From positions 1,320,001 to 1,352,000 of the forward strand of contig NZ_AP013043.1 in NCBI RefSeq assembly GCF_016592615.1: 32,000 nt of DNA, in the 5' to 3' direction. This stretch comes from Isorropodon fossajaponicum endosymbiont JTNG4 (GTDB taxonomy: Bacteria; Pseudomonadota; Gammaproteobacteria; PS1; Pseudothioglobaceae). Every line of letters starts with the position of its first letter. The stretch's first letter is position 1. Shown here in pieces: positions 7,976 through 15,785 of the stretch. The translations under genes were made by a program, and so were the position numbers. Under the pieces are notes generated by a model that was given only the letters and a program-made list of their open reading frames with translations, was not told where the DNA came from and did not search any database.

Positions 7976-8407
7976 TCACTCCTTGTAATTACAGTTGATA
8001 CTAGCAAAAATGTTGTTTTCATTTAACCAATCAAAAAAGTTTTTACTTCTAGACCGAAGCTTATTAGAATCAAAATTATTTTTGCTCAATGTTGAATGAA
8101 TACTGTTATCACCACAAAACTTTGATTTAAGCTTACCTGAGTTTTGAACTTTATAGAAATTATCAAATAGTTTTCTACTATTGGCTTTATCGCAAGAAAA
8201 GCAAAGCTCATCTTCTAAATTCTCATATTGAATACTAAGACAAAAGTTGTAAAACTTTAAAAAAATTATATTTTTGATAAAACTCTAACATCATCAGGTT
8301 TTTGCAGAGGCATTTGCACCCATAAAAATACAAACTTTCTTATACTTAATATTGGGAAATTCTTCTAAATATTCATCCTCTATGGTTGAATATTTTTTGG
8401 ATAAGCA
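7976..8407 (-). pseudogene. Unclassified gene remnant (no start codon, several stops) directly upstream of rlmD
   Basis: Manual translation gives a 102-codon open stretch (7976-8284): SFIKNIIFLKFYNFCLSIQYENLEDELCFSCDKANSRKLFDNFYKVQNSGKLKSKFCGDNSIHS...NFFDWLNENNIFASINCNYKE*. Its TGA lies 3 nt upstream of the rlmD ATG. A second piece (8294-8407) in another frame reads SCLSKKYSTIEDEYLEEFPNIKYKKVCIFMGANASAKT*. No ATG, GTG or TTG start is available. Confidence 0.4.
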
Positions 8408-8512
8408 AGATCAATTTAAGTATCCTTAAACATATAAAAATTATCTATTTTTAATTGCAAAAAAAAATCATAATTATATTCCATAATTTGGAATTAAAAT
8501 TGACATCACAAC

Positions 8513-9638
8513 CTAATTATCTAACAGTTCAACCCAGTGCTTGACAGGGATTTTTGCCTGTTTTTGCAGATGCATTAAACAACCAATATTTGCAGTTACT
8601 ATCATTTGTGGATTGCTTGCTTGTAAATGTTTGAGTTTGTTGGCTCTTAATTGCTGTGATAATTTTGGTTGAAAAATGGAATACGTGCCTGCAGAACCAC
8701 AACATAAATGCGCATCAACAACAGGCGTTTGCTGATAACCCAGTGAACTCAAAATAGAATCAACCAACCCACCTAGTTGTTGCCCGTGTTGTAATGTACA
8801 AGGCTCGTGATAAGACATATCAACTTTCTCTAAATTAAGCTGGCTTAAATCTTGATCAACTAAAAACTCAGCAATGTCTTTGGTTTTATTAACAATGAGT
8901 TGCGCTTTTTGATAATAAGGGTCTGATGCTTCAAACATAGATGCGTAGTCTTTAACCATTAATCCACAGCCACTGGCGCTAGAAATAATTACCTCAGCCT
9001 CAATTTTAAGCCAAGTGTCAATATTTCGCTTAATTTTAGCCAAGGTGTCGTGACCAGCGCTTAAATGCTGGTCAACCGCACCACAGCATTGTTTTTGTGG
9101 CGTTTCTACAGTTTCATAGCCTAATTTTGCTAGAATGTTTTTAATACTATGGTTAATATTAGGCGCAAGTATAGGTTGAATACAGCCCCCCTAATAACAA
9201 AACTTTGCCAATTTTTACAATGGGTTTAATAGGCTTTGCTTTGATTTTAGAATGTCTAAAAATAAGCCCAATTGGATTAAATAAAATAGGCGTGGTTAAA
9301 AATTGACGAACAAAGTATCGATATATCTTTTGCCAAAGTGGACGTTTTTGTTCTATAAATTCACGCCCAATATCTATCAATTGACCATATTCAACACCTG
9401 ATGGACAGGTGGTTTCACATGACCTGCATGTTAAACAGCGATCCAAATGAATAATACTTTGCTTGGAAAAATGATGATTTTCTAAAGCCGATTTAATCAA
9501 ATAAATACGTCCGCGGGGTGAATCTAATTCATCGCCTAATAATTGATAAGTTGGACAAGTGGCTAGGCAAAATCCACAATGGACACATTTTCTAATAATG
9601 TCATTGGCTTTGAGATTTTGAATATCAAGTGTTTGCAT
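8513..9638 (-). pseudogene. glcF: Glycolate oxidase iron-sulfur subunit GlcF, frameshifted in a G6 run
   Basis: The N-terminal piece (9159-9638) carries CVHCGFCLATCPTY, SPRGRIYLIK and CLTCRSCETTCPSGV. The C-terminal piece continues in another frame as (LLLGG)CIQPILAPNINHSIKNILAKLGYETVETPQKQCCGAVDQH...HLCCGSAGTYS. The two join only if the C6 run at 9186-9191 (G6 on the coding strand) is one base shorter. Confidence 0.85.
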
Positions 9639-10156
9639 CTTGCTCGTCCAGTTGCCTTATATCCGCCTCAATTTCTTGCAAACTTTGTTCTGCTTCAAAT
9701 ACTTTTTGCTGGAATTTAAAATTTTCATACGCTTTGCCTGATTTTTTAATACCAGCATAATTTTTTTTACCAGAAGCCGACATACCCATTAACGGCAGCT
9801 TTGCATCTACTCGCCTATAAACCAATCCTGCCGCAGTTTGCCGACTGATTGCCCAAAGCAACTTATTTTGCACCCGTTTAAAAAAATCAATGGTTTTTTC
9901 ATTGCTAGAATCGTAATCAATGCTAGTGGTATAAATATCCTTTATCTTCTGATAAAACAATTTCTCAGAAAGCCGTATCTCACGAATACGACTCTGTAAC
10001 TCATCAAAATAATTCATAGAATTACCCGATTTAAAACGCTCATCATTTAGAACAAAGCCTTTAATCAGGTATTCTTTAATCAATGCAGTTGCCCATTTTC
10101 TAAACTGTACCCCCTTGACGAGATTTAACCCGATAACCTACAGAAATAATCATATC
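9625..10156 (-). pseudogene. rhuM: RhuM-family (virulence protein RhuM-like) gene fragment: N-terminally truncated, frameshifted, probably also internally shortened
   Basis: It reads DMIISVGYRVKSRQG, then a frameshift at the C5 run 10110-10114, then VQFRKWATALIKEYLIKGFVLNDERF...YFDELQSRIREIRLSEKLFYQKIKDIYTTSIDYD...FFKRVQNKLLWAISRQTAAGLVYRRVDAKLPLMGM. These are hallmark RhuM motifs as I recall the family. It lies between the glcD and glcF remnants, where glcE should be. Confidence 0.7.
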
Positions 10157-11059
10157 AAGTCTGAGTTGATATTTTTGGCTCAGCTCGTTAATTTTTTCCA
10201 ACATACCTGCCAAATGCCGCCTTGGAATCGTGCCATCAAGCTCGCAAAGTAATAATGCCTTGGCATCTAGTGGATAACCAACTTTAACAAACCCTTCAGC
10301 CGCTTCAATGGCAAAACTGTCCATCATTTCTAGCCCAGCAGGAATAATGCCAGCCTTAATAATATCAGCCACTACGTTAGCACACTCTCGAACAGAATCA
10401 AACCCTGCCATCACCACTCTAGCAAGGGCAGGTGTTGGTGTAAGTTTAACTGTAATTTCAATAATAATGCCCAGCAAACCCTCCGAGCCATTCATAAGTG
10501 CTAACAACCCCAACCCATCATCCTGACGAGACAGTATTAACTCATCACCATCAATAGTCAGCATTTTAATTGCCTCAACATTATGCACTGTTAATCCATA
10601 TTTTAAGCAATGCACACCGCCAGAATTTTCAGCAACATTTCCGCCAATCGTACAAGCAATTTGGCTTGATGGATCAGGCGCATAATAAAGGCTGTGCTGC
10701 GTTACTGCCTCACTAATAGCGATATTCCTTACACCTGGCCCAACCACAGCCAGCTGGTTTTCTACATCAATTGATTTCACTTGATTTAACTTAGACAAGC
10801 CCAGAACAACTGAATTTTCAAGCGGTATCGCTCCACCCGCCAAACCCGTCCCCGCACCCCGTGTTACCACTGGCGTGTTATTGTCCTTACAAATTTTCAA
10901 TACTTGCTTAATTTGCGCAATATTTTCTGGCAATACTACTGCCAAAGGCTTTTTCCTGTACACACTTAACCCGTCACACTCAAACGGACGAGTGTTTTCC
11001 TCGCCCGTAAGGACAATGCCCTTAGGTAGTTGTGTTAAAAGTTGCTGTATGACTTCCAT
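10157..11059 (-). pseudogene. glcD: Glycolate oxidase FAD-linked subunit GlcD, with an internal deletion and a 3' truncation fused in frame to the rhuM fragment
   Basis: The N-terminal roughly 276 aa are collinear with GlcD (VVTRGAGTGLAGGA, YYAPDPSSQIACTIGGNVAENSGGVHCLKYGLTVHN, LLCELDG). The sequence then jumps directly to TIPRRHLAGMLEKINELSQKYQLRL, which in E. coli GlcD as I recall it lies about 65-70 residues further on (..YYCMDGTIPRRALPGVLEGIARLSQQYDLRV). It then switches to RhuM sequence. Confidence 0.8.
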
Positions 11060-11123
11060 TAATCAAATCTACTTTCTGTCCAAATAAGCAAATCGTTACT
11101 AGCTATCGGCAATATTTCTATGT

Positions 11124-11336
11124 TCATTCAATCTTATTGCGTATTTGTTGCTTAGCCTTCTCCCAGTCCATAGGAAGCTGAGTACCGCCTACATATTGTT
11201 GTTCGGGTGAATTTAAAACAGGCTCATGCCAATTGGACGATTCAAACGAACCATGCTGACACAAGTCGTTCCAAAGTATCTCCATAGTAGATAACTTCCC
11301 TGCCGTTGTCATATCTTTAGGCGATATTGTAATCAT
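11124..11336 (-). CDS. Putative addiction-module antitoxin component (TIGR02574-like), orphan with no toxin partner
   Basis: 70 aa: ...LSTMEILWNDLCQHGSFESSNWHEPVLNSPEQQYVGGTQLPMDWEKAKQQIRNKI. The pattern LS..E.. LW..L......WH...L....G....W...K matches that small antitoxin family from memory. Only 64 nt separate it from glcD, so there is no room for a toxin gene. Confidence 0.6.
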   Translation of the reverse strand: MITISPKDMTTAGKLSTMEILWNDLCQHGSFESSNWHEPVLNSPEQQYVGGTQLPMDWEKAKQQIRNKIE

Positions 11337-11398
11337 ATTATTTTTCCCAATTAACTGTAAAAATCATTGTTAACTATATTTTGACATATCGTTGTCTA

Positions 11399-11569
11399 TT
11401 ATTTCTGATTATTAATCATTTGTTCAATAAATACTTTTAAATCTTGGTCTAAATATGGCTCATTATTTCTATTTTTTTGAAGGTGATTGATGATGTTCGC
11501 ATAATAATCATCCGAAATACCCTCAGATAAAGCAAGCGATAATTCATAAATAATTAGCATCTGAGCCAT
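11399..11569 (-). CDS. Possible small acidic hypothetical protein (about 56 aa), below the ORF-track cutoff
   Basis: Manual translation: MAQMLIIYELSLALSEGISDDYYANIINHLQKNRNNEPYLDQDLKVFIEQMINNQK*. No recognisable family and no clear SD. Confidence 0.25.
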   Translation of the reverse strand: MAQMLIIYELSLALSEGISDDYYANIINHLQKNRNNEPYLDQDLKVFIEQMINNQK

Positions 11570-11626
11570 TATAATGGTTTTTTATTTATTTTAATCTTAT
11601 AGTATTATGCAATCATTTAACCCGCC

Positions 11627-12667
11627 ATGGCAAGGTCTACTATTGGCCATCTAGATCCTGCTTTTGTGGGCATGATGGATGAGGCTAAAGAAGGTTTAAA
11701 AATTATTTTTAAACCTAAAAATGAGTTAACCATGCCTGTATCAGCACCTGGTTCTGCGGGTATGGAGACTTGTTTTGCTAACTTAGTTGAGCCTGGTGAT
11801 AAGGTTATTGTGTGTATTAATGGCGTATTTGGTATGCGCATGAAAGAAAATGTGACTCGTTTGGGGGGTGAGACAATTATTGTTGAGGATAATTGGGGCG
11901 AGGCGGTCAGTGCTGACAAGCTAGAAGAGGCTTTAAAAAATAACCCAGATGCTAGTATTGTTGCTTTTGTGCATGCTGAGACTTCAACTGGTGTGCAATC
12001 TAACGCCAAAACCTTATGCAAACTTGCACACCAGTATGATTGTATTACTATTGTTGATGCAGTTACTTCTTTGGGTGGTACTGAATTGCGTGTTGACGAA
12101 TGGGAAATTGATGCGATTTATTCAGGCACACAAAAATGTTTATCTGCTATGCCGGGTATTTCGCCCATTAGCTTTAGCGAGCGTGCTATTAAAAAACTCA
12201 GCACACGAAAAACCCCTGTTAGCAGTTGGTTTTTAGACCTTAATTTAGTCATGGGGTATTGGGGTGAGGGCGCTAAACGCACCTATCACCACACCGCACC
12301 TGTAAATACACTATACGGTTTACACGAATCATTGGTGATGATATTAGAAGAAGGTATTGAGAATTCTTGGGCGCGTCATCAAAAAAACCACGAGCTATTA
12401 AGAAATGGTTTAGAGGCAATGGGTATTAACTTCTTAGTGAATAAAAAAGACCGCTTGCCACAATTAAATTCTGTGTTTATCCCTAAAGGTGTTGATGACG
12501 CACAAGTTCGCGCCACCCTACTTAATGATTACAACCTTGAAATTGGTGCAGGTCTTGGTGCTTATGCTGGCAAGGTTTGGCGTATTGGTTTAATGGGTTA
12601 TGCCTCAAGAAAAGAAAATATCGTTTTATGCCTATCAGCACTTAAGGAAATTTTAGCAAGTAAATAA
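11627..12667 (+). CDS. Class-V aminotransferase (serine-glyoxylate / alanine-glyoxylate / serine-pyruvate type), 5'-truncated by about 25-30 codons; possibly non-functional
   Basis: 346 aa with the PLP-lysine motif SGTQKCLSAMPG. The first residues, MARSTIGHLDPAF, correspond to an internal conserved block (..AM..P.IGH.DP.F). The usual upstream LL.PGP segment is absent, an in-frame TAA lies 3 codons upstream (11618-11620), and no SD is visible. Confidence 0.7.
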   Translation: MARSTIGHLDPAFVGMMDEAKEGLKIIFKPKNELTMPVSAPGSAGMETCFANLVEPGDKVIVCINGVFGMRMKENVTRLGGETIIVEDNWGEAVSADKLEEALKNNPDASIVAFVHAETSTGVQSNAKTLCKLAHQYDCITIVDAVTSLGGTELRVDEWEIDAIYSGTQKCLSAMPGISPISFSERAIKKLSTRKTPVSSWFLDLNLVMGYWGEGAKRTYHHTAPVNTLYGLHESLVMILEEGIENSWARHQKNHELLRNGLEAMGINFLVNKKDRLPQLNSVFIPKGVDDAQVRATLLNDYNLEIGAGLGAYAGKVWRIGLMGYASRKENIVLCLSALKEILASK

Positions 12668-12674
12668 CAGTTGT

Positions 12675-12712
12675 ATTTCTTCACACTGGCTTTTTGTGCA
12701 GTGTGAAGAAAT
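12675..12712 (+). terminator. Perfect 14-bp stem, 10-nt loop hairpin 8 nt after the aminotransferase stop
   Basis: atttcttcacactg-gctttttgtg-cagtgtgaagaaat read directly. No T-tract follows on either strand, so intrinsic-terminator function is uncertain. Confidence 0.4.
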
Positions 12713-12927
12713 ATAAAAATAGTTAACAAATCATCCCAACTGAGTACCAATGCATCGGTTGAATTTAAGTGCGTCATCGCCTAAAACTAATCCCACGCCA
12801 TATATCCTTAATTGTCCCTGTATAATCCATATCAACAACAAGCATTCTCCTAAACTAAAACTAAATGAAAGACTCCCTAGACCACTTACCTAGCAACAGG
12901 CAAACTCATTAAGGGTCATTCTTTATG

Positions 12928-12953
12928 TGCAATGCTCTAACCTACTTGGACAC
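12928..12953. repeat. IS copy B terminal inverted repeat (orfB-proximal end)
   Basis: Identical to 1686-1711. Confidence 0.8.
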
Positions 12954-12956
12954 ATT

Positions 12957-13859
12957 TCAAGCCGCTTTTTTCAATTCAGCCATCTTTTGAGCAGGTGTTA
13001 AATACCCAATCGCTGAATGAATCCTTTTGTAATTATACAAGTAGATATAACCCTCTACATTTTGCACGACTTCACTATGATTTGCAAAACTTTGATAATT
13101 TAATCTCTCAGTCTTCAGACTTCTAAAGAAACGCTCCATGACCGCATTATCCCAACAATTACCTCGCCTGCTCATGCTTTGAGTAATGTTGTTCTTGTTG
13201 CAATAATCAATAAAAACTTTAGAAGAGTATTGAGTCCCTTGATCAGAGTGGAACATGTGTTTATTTGTATTGGGCTGGTGTCTAGACACAGCATTACTAA
13301 GCGCATCCTTTGCCAACTGAGCATTAGGCTGTTTTGACAATGCCCAACCAACAACTTGTCTTGAGCCTAAATCCAACACACTGGCTAAATAACTCCCACC
13401 TTGATAGGTTTTGATATAGGTAATATCACCAACCCAATGCGTATTAATTGATTGCTGCTCAAACACACGATTTAATAGGTTTTTTGCCTTTTTAAACATC
13501 AATCTAGTATTAGGGTAATAATGACGCTTTCTTGGGCGTATGGCAACTACATTGGCTTTTTTCATTAGCGTTGCGGTTTGGTAAATACCAATGTTATAAC
13601 CTTGGTTATTCAAAACTACTCGCATTCTGCGTTTGCCATAGGTGTATCCAACTTCAATAGCAGTTTGTTTGATTAATTTAATCATAGCGTTGGTGTTGTT
13701 GTTTACTCGCTTATCTTTGACTTGATAGTAATAACTACTGTGAGGAAGTTTGAGTAATGCTCATAATTCTTTAGTATTGTATTGTTGGCAAGCCTTGTTT
13801 ATCTTGATAATCATATCACTTGGTGATTGTCCACAGCGAACAAGGCTGTTGCCTTTTTT
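12957..13859 (-). pseudogene. IS3-family OrfB (DDE), copy B, with the same in-frame TGA as copy A
   Basis: TGA at rc 13761-13763, slippery heptamer at 13853-13859. The adjacent codon is CAC (His) instead of the CGC (Arg) of copy A. Confidence 0.85.
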
Positions 13860-14162
13860 AAGATTTCATTGTCCCTTTGTGCGCGCCAAAGTTGTTTCTC
13901 AAGCAGTTGTATTGTTTGTTGTTCAGAAGTCAGCGCTTTGCCTGACTCTGGTGTTTGTCCACCAAGCTCTGCTAGGTATTGTTTTCTCCATCTGCTAACT
14001 GCTGAGGAGCAAGCTCCTGATATTATCATGATTTTTTTTATTGGTGTAATTCTCATGCACCATGAGTTTGGCATAATCTAGTGTTCCCCCCTCAAGGGGG
14101 TATTGAACAGAATGTTCAACGGTAAAAGTCACTCGTTGTTTTCTTGATTTATATTGTGTCAT
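13811..14162 (-). pseudogene. IS3-family OrfA, copy B, split by a +1 homopolymer insertion
   Basis: The A8 run (rc of 14032-14039), compared with A7 in copy A, separates the MTQYKSRKQRVTF... start (ATG at rc 14160-14162) from the HTH/zipper part. The track therefore shows only an 87-aa ORF (13811-14074). Confidence 0.75.
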
Positions 14163-14201
14163 TACTGACCTCCTTATGGTTTGTATTATAAGGCTATCTT
14201 T

Positions 14202-14227
14202 GTGTCCAATAAAATTAGACTATTGCA
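14202..14227. repeat. IS copy B terminal inverted repeat (orfA-proximal end)
   Basis: Identical to 2959-2984. Confidence 0.8.
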
Positions 14228-14289
14228 GTATGGTATGTGCTATTTCAGGTTGTTGTGGGTAATTCAAAATGAATTTGGTTTTTTTGATA

Positions 14290-15378
14290 TTACTTCTTTA
14301 TTGTTTTAAGAAACAAGTCAATGATTAATTTTTTTTCTATTTGAATGGCTTTGCCAATGTCTGACTTATCCAGTTTAGATACATCAATATCTTTAAGTAA
14401 ATCTCTTAGGTGTTTAATGGGTTTAATATCAATCGCTAGTAGTTGAAATGTAGTGAGTAAATCTTCAAATCTATCTTTGCGTCTAAGCGCATCAGTTTTG
14501 GTGAAAAAGTCAAATATTTCATTGCTTGATTGATTGGGGAAATCCTGTGAAAATTGGTAAAACTGACTAACAAGTTCGGATAATTGCTGATATTGTTTAG
14601 GGCATTTAATGGCGTTGCATAAAGCTTTAATATTGCGTCTGTTCTCATCTTTAAGCCAAATAGAGAACTTAATATGTGCCTTATTAGTATTAAGGTTATC
14701 TAAAAACTCAAATGAATTGCTGTGGCTTTGGTGTGCCTGATTATCAAGACTGAGGAAAACTTTTTGATAGGCGCCACAAGCGGTTAATACTTTAAAAAAA
14801 GCTGATGGCGTTTCATACGATAAAGCTTTATTAAGTTCTTTAAATACACGCTCAGGGGTGAGAGCATCTACCTCGCCTGAGGTGACCATTTGGCTCATTA
14901 GTTGGTGGGTTTGGTGTGCTACTTTAAAGCCAAACTTTTTAAAGCGTGCTGCAAATCGAGCCACACGCAATACGCGTACTGGGTCTTCGCTAAAGGCATC
15001 AGACACGTGGCGTAAAATGCCATTGTTTAGGTCTTCTTGGCCATTAAATGGGTCAAATAATTCATCCGCTTTTTGCGCTATTGCATTAATGGTTAAATCA
15101 CGGCGAAAAAGGTCCTGTTCAAGTGTTACTGCTTTTGAAGTATCAAATTCAAAGCCTTTGTAACCTTTGCCAATTTTTCGCTCTAATCGAGCAAGCGCAT
15201 ATTCTTCTTGCGTGCCAGGATGTAGAAAAACAGGAAAATCTTTACCAACTCGCCGATAACCTAAATCTAGCATTTCAGCACTGGATGAGTCAACCACAAC
15301 CCAATCTTTTTCAGTGTTGTTATCTGAAATGCCCAACAAGCGGTCACGTACTGCGCCACCAACTAAATAAACTTTCAT
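14290..15378 (-). CDS. cca: tRNA nucleotidyltransferase (CCA-adding enzyme), short form without a recognisable HD phosphohydrolase motif
   Basis: 362 aa. It reads [16 protein letters not shown]...DWVVV...[10 protein letters not shown]...[10 protein letters not shown]...RRDLTINA...[14 protein letters not shown]. In the C-terminal region I do not find the H...HD..GK motif that E. coli Cca has there. Confidence 0.88.
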   Translation of the reverse strand: MKVYLVGGAVRDRLLGISDNNTEKDWVVVDSSSAEMLDLGYRRVGKDFPVFLHPGTQEEYALARLERKIGKGYKGFEFDTSKAVTLEQDLFRRDLTINAIAQKADELFDPFNGQEDLNNGILRHVSDAFSEDPVRVLRVARFAARFKKFGFKVAHQTHQLMSQMVTSGEVDALTPERVFKELNKALSYETPSAFFKVLTACGAYQKVFLSLDNQAHQSHSNSFEFLDNLNTNKAHIKFSIWLKDENRRNIKALCNAIKCPKQYQQLSELVSQFYQFSQDFPNQSSNEIFDFFTKTDALRRKDRFEDLLTTFQLLAIDIKPIKHLRDLLKDIDVSKLDKSDIGKAIQIEKKLIIDLFLKTIKK

Positions 15379-15408
15379 ACTTAATAGAAAAAAATTTATT
15401 AATTCTCA

Positions 15409-15414
15409 TATAAT
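15409..15414 (+). promoter_or_regulatory. Candidate -10 box (TATAAT) only 6 nt upstream of the msrB ATG
   Basis: TATAAT at 15409-15414. TAGAAA lies 17 nt upstream as a weak -35. There is no SD before ATG 15421, so a leaderless or near-leaderless transcript is possible. Confidence 0.3.
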
Positions 15415-15420
15415 ACACGA

Positions 15421-15783
15421 ATGAATTTAAATAAACTAACCCCAGAACAGCTTAGAATCACGCAACAGGCAGGCACTGAAACGCCGTTTACTGGCAAATA
15501 TTACAACCATCAAGAGCAAGGGAATTATCTTTGTGTTTGTTGTCATCAGATTTTATTTTCATCCAACACTAAGTTTGGGTCAGGCACAGGTTGGCCCAGT
15601 TTTTCTGATGTTTCAAAATCTGATAGTGTTAAGCTAATTACTGATGATTCACATGGCATGAGTCGTGTTGAAGCAAGATGTGCTAATTGCGATGCTCATC
15701 TTGGGCATGTTTTCCCCGATGGTCCTACCTCAAGCGGCAATCGCTATTGTATCAATTCTGCCTCACTTGATTTTAAGCCTTAA
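15421..15783 (+). CDS. msrB: Peptide-methionine (R)-S-oxide reductase MsrB
   Basis: 120 aa. It has two CxxC pairs (CVCC, CANC) and the motifs GWPSF, RVEARCANCDAHLGHVFPDGP and RYCINS. Confidence 0.92.
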   Translation: MNLNKLTPEQLRITQQAGTETPFTGKYYNHQEQGNYLCVCCHQILFSSNTKFGSGTGWPSFSDVSKSDSVKLITDDSHGMSRVEARCANCDAHLGHVFPDGPTSSGNRYCINSASLDFKP

Positions 15784-15785
15784 TA

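Larger units (their letters stand above)
12928..14227 (-). mobile_element. IS3-family insertion sequence, copy B (1300 bp), same orientation as copy A; transposase defective
   Basis: Collinear with 1686-2984. By eye I find 3 substitutions (13575, 13741, 14086) and one extra T in the run 14032-14039 (T8 here versus T7 at 2790-2796). The DDE ORFs of the two copies are identical in the track (242 aa). Confidence 0.9.

Noticed and set aside
1686-14227. The two IS copies plus the intervening 9.9 kb as a composite transposon.
   Set aside because: The cargo is core housekeeping (rlmD, ampG, nagZ) in tight operon context. No matching target-site duplications occur at the outer ends, and both transposases are defective. 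IS insertions into the chromosome are the simpler explanation.
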